Origin: a virus
Taxonomy: Duplodnaviria; Caudoviricetes
IMG/VR virus record: IMGVR_UViG_3300030098_001117
Coordinates: 1-52,873 of that record
Reading direction: 5' to 3' (one strand)
DNA: 52,873 nt
Position numbers and translations under genes: made by a program. Shown piece by piece: positions 12,086 to 21,258 of the stretch. Within the stretch, counting starts at the first letter, position 1. Each line of letters starts with the position of its first letter. The notes below the pieces were generated by a model that did no database searches, was not told the DNA's origin, and worked only from the letters and a program-made list of their open reading frames with translations.

Positions 12086-12550
12086 TTACGAGTTATGTGC
12101 TGTAAAAGCGTTGTCTGTGCTATGTCTAGCACTTCCTCTCACAATCATCGCACCAATAGGTGTTCCGTTTGAGTGAGTTCCAGTCTTAGCTAGTACAACT
12201 CTGATATACCTCTTGTTGCCTACATAGCCGATTCTAAAGATACCACCTGCTGTGTCAGGGTTACCATTAGCAGTACCATCTAGTTTCAGGAATATTCCAC
12301 CTGAATCAATAGTACCATCTACTACACTGGCTTGGGCACAATCAGTGTAAGTTGAGTCGTCATCAGATTCCTCTAAAGAAACCTCAAAATAAACAGAACT
12401 AGAAAGAGTATCTCCTTCTGCTCCAACATCAACTAATACAGTTGCACTTTCATAACCTTGTAAATCAACGCCAGTTCCATTACCTGCTGCAGTTTTAACC
12501 GCATTGATAATAGAAACAGCAGGAGATATGTTATTAGATAAGTCTTTCAT
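12086..12550 (-). CDS. Capsid decoration/cement protein
   Basis: Directly after the capsid gene; NGTGVDLQGYES...LEESDD...IGYVGNKRYIRV beta-sandwich pattern. Confidence 0.65.
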   Translation of the reverse strand: MKDLSNNISPAVSIINAVKTAAGNGTGVDLQGYESATVLVDVGAEGDTLSSSVYFEVSLEESDDDSTYTDCAQASVVDGTIDSGGIFLKLDGTANGNPDTAGGIFRIGYVGNKRYIRVVLAKTGTHSNGTPIGAMIVRGSARHSTDNAFTAHNS

Positions 12551-12564
12551 AATTACCCCCCAGC

Positions 12565-13782
12565 TTACGCTGATACTTTTTGTTTAACAACTGCTTCAGC
12601 CTGTATGACCTGTCCACCAACCCTTCTTCTAGCAACGTATCTTACGTTACCTGAAGTAGCTTGTGTGAATGGATCTCTGCTTACAGACAAAGCAACCCTG
12701 TCTACAATCATGTATGCTCTTCTGAAGTCACCAAATAGCACAGGGTAAGCATTAGCTGCTACGTCTGGCATATCAGTAGCTTCTACATAAGGATAACCTA
12801 ATATAGTATTAGGAACTCCTGCTTGTAGAGACATACCTGTTTGGAACACATACTGTCCTGCAGTATCTTTAAGTTTTCTTATAGCAGAAAGTGTGCTTCT
12901 GTTAAAAACAAAAGTACCATTTCTTCCATAGTCAGACTTAATGCTGTGAACTAATGTGATCAGACCATCAGCTAGTAATGTACTAGCGTGACCTGAATTA
13001 GATTCACCAACATCGCCATTAGTTAATAAACCTTCAGGCTTACCAACAGCGTTACCACTGACAAATGCAGTTCCTTCAGCCTTCGCAAATTGCTCTGCGA
13101 ATTCTGATTGCATTTCCGCTTCAAGATCAAAGACTGAATCTTCTAAGTTTTGCTCAGAAATATCAACTAAGGCATACAACTCATGTGCAGGCAATTCTTC
13201 TAAAGCCACATTATAACCTGTGGTTTCAGACCTTGTTCCTGCTTCTGCTACCCATGAGGCAGAGAATTGTGCTGAACGCTTAGGCACTTGGATTGATCTT
13301 TGTCCAGTGCTTCTCACTCTTGCTATTGAACGAATAGGCGAGATTTCTGTTACTGTTTTCAGTAACTCTCTCACATACTCAGGTGGTGCAAGATAACCAC
13401 CAGTGCTGTCATTGCTGACAGTTAACGCTTTCTTTTCATCAGGCTCTAATCCTTCTAGACCTTTTCTGATAAATTTAGAGAACGATTCACAAGTGTCGTC
13501 AATTTGCTTAACGTCATAGCCTGAGTTTGGTCTTTTCATGACCGTTTCAAGCTGTTCCATTTGCTCTTTGATTCCGTCTTGTGCAAGTTTGGCTTGGGTC
13601 ACCTCTTGGTTGATTACTTCTAAGCCGTCAAGTTTGCTCTCAATGTTAGCAATCTTGTCGTCTAAAAGCGTATCATGACCCTTGCCTGATTCAAGTGCTT
13701 CTAACTTTTCGTCATTAGCTTTTTTAAATTCTTCAAAAGCTTGACCCAACTCAGAAACAACTTCTTTTATATCATCAGACAT
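12565..13782 (-). CDS. Major capsid protein, HK97 family
   Basis: Coiled-coil delta domain, GGYLAPPEY, FVSGNAVGKPEGLL, ILGYPYVE, FGDFRRAYMIVDR, RRVGG. Confidence 0.95.
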   Translation of the reverse strand: MSDDIKEVVSELGQAFEEFKKANDEKLEALESGKGHDTLLDDKIANIESKLDGLEVINQEVTQAKLAQDGIKEQMEQLETVMKRPNSGYDVKQIDDTCESFSKFIRKGLEGLEPDEKKALTVSNDSTGGYLAPPEYVRELLKTVTEISPIRSIARVRSTGQRSIQVPKRSAQFSASWVAEAGTRSETTGYNVALEELPAHELYALVDISEQNLEDSVFDLEAEMQSEFAEQFAKAEGTAFVSGNAVGKPEGLLTNGDVGESNSGHASTLLADGLITLVHSIKSDYGRNGTFVFNRSTLSAIRKLKDTAGQYVFQTGMSLQAGVPNTILGYPYVEATDMPDVAANAYPVLFGDFRRAYMIVDRVALSVSRDPFTQATSGNVRYVARRRVGGQVIQAEAVVKQKVSA

Positions 13783-13792
13783 AATTTGCTCC

Positions 13793-14581
13793 TTACAACT
13801 TATTTATGGTTAATGTTAAATGTTTAATGGCATCTACCAGTTCAGCACCATCATCAACCTCTCGCTGAATAAATGCTTGATTGACAGCCTTTGCTGCAAC
13901 CTTAGATTCAGAACGAGATAAATTGAAAGCATCACGCAGTCCGTTCTCCCATTCTCTAATAGAAATCTCCTCACCCTTCACCTGCCTTACAGTAGCTTTA
14001 GGGTTCATAGGAAAAGTCACAAGACTAATTTCCATTAGGTCTACTTCTTTGATAATGCGTTGATTTTTACGCTTATCATAAGAAACCGATTTTGGGTTTA
14101 CTCTAAAGCCTATGCTGAGACCATCTAGAGCACCCATTTTTAATAATTCATAGGCATCTTTGCCTGCTTGTGTTTTGAGAGCCAACCTCCCCTTAACATA
14201 AAGACCGTGAGAATCTTCCCTTATTTCGTCAAACACCCCTATAGGCATATCAGATTTATGTTGATAGAGAAGCTTGACTCCCTTCTCCCCCCTCTGGTCT
14301 AAACTTTTTTGGAAAGCACCTTTCTTAATGATGTCATTGCCCAAATCCGTGTTGTTGAATACCGAACCATAACCTTCAAAAGTTCCATCATCTGATTCAG
14401 CTTTTATTTCTGATTTAATTTCTATGAAGGATTTTTCTTCATAATCAGCTTCAGTAGTTACTTCTTTATCTTCTACTACTTCAAGATGTTCTTTGTCATT
14501 CTCGTTGGAATCTTCAGGCGAATCGTACTGATCTGTACTGACAGCTTGTTCAGGTTCATTAGTTATTAACTCACTGCTCAT
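13793..14581 (-). CDS. Prohead maturation protease, HK97 family
   Basis: FEGYGSVFNNTD, LLYQH, GLSIGF, LMEISLVTFPMN motifs; acidic N-terminal extension. Confidence 0.95.
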   Translation of the reverse strand: MSSELITNEPEQAVSTDQYDSPEDSNENDKEHLEVVEDKEVTTEADYEEKSFIEIKSEIKAESDDGTFEGYGSVFNNTDLGNDIIKKGAFQKSLDQRGEKGVKLLYQHKSDMPIGVFDEIREDSHGLYVKGRLALKTQAGKDAYELLKMGALDGLSIGFRVNPKSVSYDKRKNQRIIKEVDLMEISLVTFPMNPKATVRQVKGEEISIREWENGLRDAFNLSRSESKVAAKAVNQAFIQREVDDGAELVDAIKHLTLTINKL

Positions 14582-14624
14582 AGTGCTATCTCCAAATTTA
14601 TACCTATATATAGTATCTGAATCA

Positions 14625-15446
14625 TTAATCTAACACAACATCTTGTTCATCTGCATAAATAATGACACATCTACAGTTAATTACATTTCTAGCACCGCCT
14701 TTTGGGTCACCTGCGTAACCCATAGGAGTACCACCTATATTAAAATCTTCTTCCATACTTCTTTTTTGTCCGTTAGCTGCTGCATGAGATGACCTAGTTC
14801 TAAGGTCCCCTGTTGACACCCACTGCTTAACTACTGACATACCCAAATTACTTTGTGCTGCTAAATAATAACTATGGTTAGCAAAACTTGCAGCATTATG
14901 TGTTTCTGTTCTAGCTATAGTTGCTGCCCTACCTCTAGTTATAGGCAATACTACATCTGAAATATTTTTGGATATTTGTGCAAGAGTTAAATTATTTTCT
15001 CTGCCCTCTATAATTATCCTATTTACTCTGTTTGCCATTCTTTGAGTTATGCCTGATAACACCAATGCCCTTCCTGAATAATAACTGGCAATTACGGCTT
15101 CAAAATCTATACTTCTTCCCATTACAAAAACTTCTTCTTCCTTTTTGCCCCTATCATGCAATTCGTTGGCGTTTTGATATACGGCTCTAAATATTTTCCT
15201 GTAATGTTGAGACATAGTTGGAAGTAGTTCTTCATTAAGGTCTTGTATAGATGAATTAAGGTCAAAGACTCCGTACTCTTTTATTAAATGTGCCCTAGTG
15301 AGTACAAATTTACGAAACAAAGAAGTTAATCTTCTATATAACTGCCTTTCTAAATTATTTCTTAATCGTTGTTGTCTCCGTACTTCCCTTAGAGCACTTA
15401 TTCTGCCCCTTCGTATATTACGGAACTCTTTTTTAGCTAATGACAT
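14625..15446 (-). CDS. Minor head/morphogenesis protein (Mu gpF / SPP1 gp7 family)
   Basis: RAATIARTETH, KQWVSTGDLRTRSSH, C-terminal INCRC. Confidence 0.9.
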   Translation of the reverse strand: MSLAKKEFRNIRRGRISALREVRRQQRLRNNLERQLYRRLTSLFRKFVLTRAHLIKEYGVFDLNSSIQDLNEELLPTMSQHYRKIFRAVYQNANELHDRGKKEEEVFVMGRSIDFEAVIASYYSGRALVLSGITQRMANRVNRIIIEGRENNLTLAQISKNISDVVLPITRGRAATIARTETHNAASFANHSYYLAAQSNLGMSVVKQWVSTGDLRTRSSHAAANGQKRSMEEDFNIGGTPMGYAGDPKGGARNVINCRCVIIYADEQDVVLD

Positions 15447-16797
15447 TCTTAATGTCTAATACTGCTTTTTCATCTTCATCAAATGGTAATTCTTCAGTTA
15501 CATCATAGTCATCTATTTCTTCTTCAGCTATAGGGTCTTGTACTTGTGGTGTTTGTTCTTCACCTATAGGGAATAAATTTGCTGATATGTATAATTCATC
15601 TGCACCATCTATAGGTGTTAATCCTATTTTTTCTCTGGCTTCGTTTCTAGTCATTATTCCTTCTCTAACAGCACTTGTGATATTTTCATAAGTTTTTTTA
15701 GTGCGTTCTGCTAAAGCAGGTATTTGGTCTATATCAAAACAAAAATATAAATCTTCTCCGAACATAGGAACCAACCACTCATTTATATCTGATTCTATTT
15801 TTCTAAGATGAGGAATAATAGTTTCTTCATATAAAGCAAGTCTTGCTTCCGCTACGTTAGCGTAAGTCTGTGCATCTGGAACTCCTACTAATTGACTAGG
15901 CACTCCAAAACATAATGCTATATCTGTTGCTGCCATGTGCTTCAGGTTTATAAAGTCCATGTCTCTTGGAGACAACCCCATTTCTTTCCAATCAAAGTCT
16001 CCTTCAAGAAGCATAGGTCTACCTGCATTAGAAGTACCACTGAACCTGTTATTCATATCAGATAGAAGTTGTTGTCTTTGTGATTCAGTTAAATTAACAC
16101 TCAAGCCTGCATCGTCTTGTGGTTTAAATACAACTGCTCCACTAGGTCTTGCACCATTACTTAATAAATTGACGTTATGCTTTCCTGACATATTATGTTG
16201 GTCAACTTCTATAGAAGCTGCAGACATAGGGGATAGACCATAATAATCATCTAAAGGGTTCCATAATTTGATGTGCTTTACTTCACTGAACCCAGTTGTG
16301 TCATCTACTGGGTAACTTGCTTGTACCTTGCCATTAATAACGTAATCATAACTATCAGGTATTGGTCTTGAGCCACCTTTAATAACCATTCTATCTGGTC
16401 TTAATAAATGCAGTTCTTTAGGAGCACCAAGTTCTGAGCCTACTCTTAATACATAAGCATTACCGCTTAACAATAAGAATCCAAATACACTATTAAAGAA
16501 CTCACTGTGAGACTGCAGGGGATTAGGACGAGACAATAGAGATATTATTGGGTGACTCTCTAACACCTGATCCCCTGACTTGACCATGAAAGGTACTGCA
16601 CTTGCACCTTTAGCTATTTCGTTTACACAGCGATACACGATACTGTTTTTCATGTAGCCTTCTTCAGCTAAATCTTCATATCTGTAATTTCTTGATTTAG
16701 ATGTTCCAACTCCAAAGTAACCAACCATGTTACCTGTCATTTTTCTTTCTGTTGTATTTCTAGTAAATACGTTTTTTATATTATCCAGTATAGCCAT
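15433..16797 (-). CDS. Portal protein, HK97 family
   Basis: VYRCVNEIA, LLLSGNAY, YYGLSPM, NGARPSG, FGVPSQLVG, MTRNEARE. Start taken at MAILDN, coupled to the TerL stop. Confidence 0.93.
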   Translation of the reverse strand: MAILDNIKNVFTRNTTERKMTGNMVGYFGVGTSKSRNYRYEDLAEEGYMKNSIVYRCVNEIAKGASAVPFMVKSGDQVLESHPIISLLSRPNPLQSHSEFFNSVFGFLLLSGNAYVLRVGSELGAPKELHLLRPDRMVIKGGSRPIPDSYDYVINGKVQASYPVDDTTGFSEVKHIKLWNPLDDYYGLSPMSAASIEVDQHNMSGKHNVNLLSNGARPSGAVVFKPQDDAGLSVNLTESQRQQLLSDMNNRFSGTSNAGRPMLLEGDFDWKEMGLSPRDMDFINLKHMAATDIALCFGVPSQLVGVPDAQTYANVAEARLALYEETIIPHLRKIESDINEWLVPMFGEDLYFCFDIDQIPALAERTKKTYENITSAVREGIMTRNEAREKIGLTPIDGADELYISANLFPIGEEQTPQVQDPIAEEEIDDYDVTEELPFDEDEKAVLDIKNVIS

Positions 16798-18101
16798 TAG
16801 CTTATTCTCCAATTTACTTCGCCCCTTGACCTGCTTATTTCGGATAATCCCCATACTAAAGCATCTAGTCTGTCAGGACTTGGTTTAAGTCTTTCACCTG
16901 TGTAGGTTGTCATTTGTGATTCTAGTTCAGGGAAAACGCCCATGTGGTGAACACGCCTTTGTTCATATAGGGCACTAACAGGCTCCGCCCTAACCAACTT
17001 TCCACGAGTAGCATGAACACTTCTATAACTTGCGTTGGGGTCTATACCTCTTATAAGTCTTTCCACTAAATCACCGCCATTGTTTACCTCTGCAACTATT
17101 CTATCAGCTTCCCACTCGTAGAAAAGATTAATGGCTATTCTTCCCCATTTATCCGCAGAATACTTTCCGCTCTGGTCTTCTAGTACATAATACTCATTAT
17201 TTGCGTCTTTGCCTACTACTACGATGCCTGTCTCATCTGAATCTTCCCCTGATGTAACTGCAGGGTCTATAGCCACAATTATCTTAGTGAGCTCTCTTTC
17301 TTCATTTTCAGGCAGCCTTGTTTCTTCAATCATAGCATTGCTCCACAATGCCCCTTCTACGCTATCTACTATTTCTGCATATAGTTCTTGCCTACCTAAA
17401 TTAGTTCCTTCATACCTTTCTTTAAGCATAGCCAATGCTGAAGGTGCTAGGTTGGCTTCATTTTCAAATGTGCTTCCTGACGTAACTATTACATCTTCTC
17501 TTTCTATAAGTTGTTTAATTAGCGGTGTGGGTTTTGGAGTAGTAGTAATAACGCATTGTGGGTTGTCGCCTAACCTCAAACCAAACATTAATTGGTCAAA
17601 TGTTTCTGGGTATCTCCATGCAGCTAATTCATCACACCATGCTCTATGAAACTGTGGACCCCTAAGCCTGTCAGGTTCAATAGCAGCGTAACCAATAATT
17701 TTGCTGCCATTATCTAATCTTATCTCTGCTGTGGTCTCTGAATAAGACTTCCTTCCTCTTGATGTATAAAAGCAATCATCAGGAATGATAGATAACAATC
17801 CACTAGGACCACCAAAACAAACTCTTTTTAGATCTCCAAAAGTAGGTGCTATAACTGCACAAATACTGTCTGGATTGCGTAAAGCGTATAAGGCTATGTC
17901 TTGTGCACCTGTTCTAGTCTTACCCCAACCACGACCTGCCAAGATTAACCAGATGTGGTGTTCTTCTTGCGGACTTAGTTGCTTGGCTCTAGCTTTAGTA
18001 AGCCAATCAGTGTACAGACTTAGAGTCGCCTTTTCTGCGTTGCTCGGCAATGTTGTCCAACAATCCCAAAGCCTCTCTGAATGTTTCGCTGTCTTTTCCA
18101 T
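16797..18101 (-). CDS. terL: Terminase large subunit
   Basis: Walker A AGRGWGKT, RLRGPQF, Walker B WCDE, motif III ITTTP, nuclease IDPA...DETG...SPDRLDA. The start codon is uncertain. Confidence 0.95.
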   Translation of the reverse strand: MEKTAKHSERLWDCWTTLPSNAEKATLSLYTDWLTKARAKQLSPQEEHHIWLILAGRGWGKTRTGAQDIALYALRNPDSICAVIAPTFGDLKRVCFGGPSGLLSIIPDDCFYTSRGRKSYSETTAEIRLDNGSKIIGYAAIEPDRLRGPQFHRAWCDELAAWRYPETFDQLMFGLRLGDNPQCVITTTPKPTPLIKQLIEREDVIVTSGSTFENEANLAPSALAMLKERYEGTNLGRQELYAEIVDSVEGALWSNAMIEETRLPENEERELTKIIVAIDPAVTSGEDSDETGIVVVGKDANNEYYVLEDQSGKYSADKWGRIAINLFYEWEADRIVAEVNNGGDLVERLIRGIDPNASYRSVHATRGKLVRAEPVSALYEQRRVHHMGVFPELESQMTTYTGERLKPSPDRLDALVWGLSEISRSRGEVNWRIS

Positions 18102-18561
18102 TTGTTTCTAGGTTTACATTATCTGTAGCTTGCCCTAACGCCAACTTTCCGACCTTCTGCACCTGACCCAATGCTTGACTAAGACTGTTTAAAACCTGAG
18201 GTTTAATTTTATCATCTTCAGTGTTTTGTCTTAGGCTTTGTGCTATCTGACCCATTAAGCCTTTAGCCAACTGTAAACTGGTCTTATCAAATTGAACGGC
18301 TTCTTGTATAAGTTCCTTCCTTCGTCTTTCATCTAGTTCAATTAAATACTTATCTTGAAACCTTTTTTGTTGAAAAGTCCAATCCTCTCTCTGTGCAGTT
18401 TTATATAAAGTGGGTTTAGGAATCCCATAATCAGCAGCTAGTTCATCTATAGAATATAGTTTTCTACCGCCTTTGTTATCTTCTATACCTTGTACAAACT
18501 TGTTTCTAATTTCCTCTTTTTTGGTAAGAGTTAGTTTTTTATTTATCTTTTTTTTAACCAT
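18007..18561 (-). CDS. Probable terminase small subunit (N-terminal HTH)
   Basis: Immediately upstream of and overlapping terL; HTH-like SIDELAADYGIPKPTLYK followed by a helical region. Confidence 0.7.
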   Translation of the reverse strand: MVKKKINKKLTLTKKEEIRNKFVQGIEDNKGGRKLYSIDELAADYGIPKPTLYKTAQREDWTFQQKRFQDKYLIELDERRRKELIQEAVQFDKTSLQLAKGLMGQIAQSLRQNTEDDKIKPQVLNSLSQALGQVQKVGKLALGQATDNVNLETNGKDSETFREALGLLDNIAEQRRKGDSKSVH

Positions 18562-18592
18562 AAATTATCACTTTTTATAAAAGGCTAATGAC

Positions 18593-18622
18593 ATTCTAAA
18601 GTCATATATCTATATGTGTCAA
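18593..18622 (-). promoter_or_regulatory. Sigma70-like promoter for the packaging/late operon
   Basis: Minus strand TTGACA-N18-TAGAAT, about 30 nt upstream of the terS ATG; an ATGAC-N8-GTCAT inverted repeat brackets the -10. Confidence 0.6.
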
Positions 18623-18650
18623 AAAAATAAGTACATTTTGTGCAAATAGG

Positions 18651-18681
18651 TGTTTACATTTGTAAACATTTCATCTATAAT
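18651..18681 (+). promoter_or_regulatory. Strong sigma70-like promoter with operator-like palindrome
   Basis: TTTACA-N17-TATAAT; perfect inverted repeat TGTTTACA-TT-TGTAAACA (18651-18668) over the -35; AGGAG RBS downstream. Confidence 0.75.
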
Positions 18682-18720
18682 CTACATATTAAGTTAATAA
18701 ATTGAATAGGAGTAAATTGA

Positions 18721-19758
18721 ATGAATAACTTACCAACCATAACAGACAGAACATTTGGAATAGAAATGGAGTTTGAAGGTGCTGATATTAGAGAAGTAGC
18801 CAGAACTCTTAACCAAGTTGTTGAATGTCATTTTGAAGGATACACGCACACAGTATTAGATTACTGGAAAATAGTTACAGATGGTAGCTTGCCTAATTAT
18901 GATACTTGCGGTGAGATTGTTAGTCCTATACTTAAAGGACAAGAAGGAATAGAACAACTTGCTAAAGTATGTGAAGCCTTAGACACAATAGAAGGAATTC
19001 ATGTTACTAGAAGATGTGGATTACACATTCATTTAGGAGTTGAAGATTTAACTGTCGGACAGATACAGACTGTATATGAGAGATACGCAGACTACGAAAG
19101 TCAAATAGACCTAGTAATGCCAAGAAGCAGAAGAAGAAGCAATGCTCATTGGTGCGGAAGTATTACTGGCAGTAAGAATAGAGTTAAAAGAGCAACTACT
19201 AAAAGACGTCTTGCAGGAAGTGCAGGAACTAGATATTTAAAAGTTAATTTAGAATCTTTGGCTAGATACGGAACTATAGAGTTCAGACAACATAGCGGAA
19301 CTTTAAATTTCACAAAGATTGTTAACTGGTTAAGTTTCTTGATGGCTTTTGTTGAAAAGAGTGTTGCTTTAACACCTGCTAACAGAAGAAGAAGTGTCAG
19401 TAAGAACAGACCTTACAATTTAACTAGAACTCTTATAGAGAACAATGGGTATGAAATTGAATACTCTAGACAATACAATGGTTGGATAGTTACAGGTGAT
19501 GGAATTTCTACTGCCCTTGAGGTCTTATTATTTAATTGTGATTTGAATACCTTTTATGATACTGCAAGAGAAAACAGTTTAGATAGGGTTTCATTAGTTG
19601 CATGGTTGGAAAGAAAAGGATTAAACATAACCTTTGTTGATTTTGAAAACATAACAACAGAAGAAGAAACAGTTTCTGAAACGGATAGCGGATGGCTTGA
19701 TGGTGTAGACCTAAAAGTCAAAAGTTACTTTGAAGAAAGGGAAGATGAACTTAACTAA
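18721..19758 (+). CDS. Putative amidoligase (COOH-NH2 ligase, Amidoligase_2-like)
   Basis: RTFGIEMEF, WKIVTDGSL, EIVSPIL, CGLHIH, RYLKVN, GTIEFRQHSGT. Confidence 0.88.
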   Translation: MNNLPTITDRTFGIEMEFEGADIREVARTLNQVVECHFEGYTHTVLDYWKIVTDGSLPNYDTCGEIVSPILKGQEGIEQLAKVCEALDTIEGIHVTRRCGLHIHLGVEDLTVGQIQTVYERYADYESQIDLVMPRSRRRSNAHWCGSITGSKNRVKRATTKRRLAGSAGTRYLKVNLESLARYGTIEFRQHSGTLNFTKIVNWLSFLMAFVEKSVALTPANRRRSVSKNRPYNLTRTLIENNGYEIEYSRQYNGWIVTGDGISTALEVLLFNCDLNTFYDTARENSLDRVSLVAWLERKGLNITFVDFENITTEEETVSETDSGWLDGVDLKVKSYFEEREDELN

Positions 19759-19774
19759 ATATAAGGAGAAAAAA

Positions 19775-20269
19775 ATGAAATATAAATCTTACCTGTATGG
19801 TGCTTATGGAAGCAATCTGAATGTGAACCAAATGAAAATGAGGTGTCCTAATGCTGAACCAGTCGGTAGCTTAATGCTGCATGGTTGGGAACTTAAATTC
19901 AGAGGGGTTGCTGACGTAGAAGAAGTAGATAATGCCAAAGTTCCACTCGGTTTGTGGAGAATTACGCAGACCTGTGAATCTGCATTAGATACTTATGAAG
20001 GTTACCCTCACCTTTACACCAAAAAATTATGCACTGTAAAAGGCATAGAAGAAAAATTGGGTAGTGAAGAAGTTATGCTCTATATAATGAACAGCAAGGG
20101 AATTACTCCCCCTAGTATGCCTTATCTAGATTGCATAATAAAAGGCTACAAAGACTTTGGACTTGATGAAGACTATCTCAAGTTTGCATTGAAAGATGCT
20201 TACGCAAGAGAAACATTTGTGGATTCATATACTCCCAAGCCAAAGAGAAACTTTAGATTAATTAAATAA
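19775..20269 (+). CDS. Gamma-glutamylcyclotransferase (AIG2-like)
   Basis: YGAYGSNLN..QM..RCP, LDTYEGYP, YIMN, P...YL..I..GY. Start at ATG 19775 after AAGGAG. Confidence 0.9.
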   Translation: MKYKSYLYGAYGSNLNVNQMKMRCPNAEPVGSLMLHGWELKFRGVADVEEVDNAKVPLGLWRITQTCESALDTYEGYPHLYTKKLCTVKGIEEKLGSEEVMLYIMNSKGITPPSMPYLDCIIKGYKDFGLDEDYLKFALKDAYARETFVDSYTPKPKRNFRLIK

Positions 20270-20280
20270 TCATAAGTTAT

Positions 20281-20307
20281 AGAGCCCTTTAACGAGGGCT
20301 CTTTTTT
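20281..20307 (+). terminator. Rho-independent terminator
   Basis: AGAGCCCTT-TAAC-GAGGGCTCT followed by a T-run, right after the GGCT gene. Confidence 0.85.
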
Positions 20308-20424
20308 ATTTCAACGACCTAAAAGCCGCATGATTAGGGGTATGCTATACCATTACTTGATGCCTTTTTGTTGCTTAAAACGCATTTCTCGCAGCCTAAT
20401 TTAGTATTTTTAGACTACTTTTGG

Positions 20425-21234
20425 CTAGTTTTTAGATTTACACAATTCTAAAAGCATTTCTGCAGGCTTATCTCCGAGCACCGATTTGACCACATCTGCT
20501 TCGTCTCCACTAAAGACTAGATTCAGTCTATAGAAGTTGGCTGCTTGAACTGCCATGCTTCTTTCTTCTTCTGTTTTTGCTTCTGCTACTTTTCTTTCAA
20601 CTTCTCTTTGAGCATTTAACGCTTCTGGAGTAAGAGCCTTAATCATAGTTCCATCTGCGGTTTTGTGTTCAGTGCCTGTTACACTATCTTCTGATGTGTC
20701 GCTATCAGTAGGAATCCAAGCCGTTCCAAAATCTTCATCAGCCATAGCTTCAGGAGCAGGTATATCTTCAATCATTCTTTGAAGTTCTAAGTCGTCCATC
20801 ATCAGACTGTCTTGTGCCCAATCTAAGGCTCCTAGTTTTTCTAAGTCCCTCAAAACTTCAGATGTTAATTCAATATCTTCAGAACCCCTTGCTCTGTTGT
20901 GCCTTAGAGTAGCTATTCTTGCTTGTTCATAAGTCATCGGAGTAACTACTATAGGTATTTCTGTATACCCTAGAGCCTTTGAACATCTCCATCTGTGTTC
21001 ACCATCTACTATTCTGAACATACTTTCATCATCTTCGTGCTTTACACACACTATAGGCTGAGTAAATCCATCTTCAGTCATTGACCTTTTTAGCAATTCA
21101 AATTCATCATCTGATTGCCTGTTGGGATTATAGGTATTAGGTACAATTTTATCGTGAGTAACGTATTGAATATTTAAAGCCTCTAATACTTTATTCTTCT
21201 TTTCTACTTCTGCCTTACCTTTAGTTCTAGCCAT
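20425..21234 (-). CDS. ParB/sulfiredoxin-domain protein (IbrB-like)
   Basis: PNTYNPN, GFTQPIV, IVDGEHRW, ATLRHNRARGS. Confidence 0.85.
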   Translation of the reverse strand: MARTKGKAEVEKKNKVLEALNIQYVTHDKIVPNTYNPNRQSDDEFELLKRSMTEDGFTQPIVCVKHEDDESMFRIVDGEHRWRCSKALGYTEIPIVVTPMTYEQARIATLRHNRARGSEDIELTSEVLRDLEKLGALDWAQDSLMMDDLELQRMIEDIPAPEAMADEDFGTAWIPTDSDTSEDSVTGTEHKTADGTMIKALTPEALNAQREVERKVAEAKTEEERSMAVQAANFYRLNLVFSGDEADVVKSVLGDKPAEMLLELCKSKN

Positions 21235-21258
21235 GTTTTCTCCTGTTATTTTGATTAT

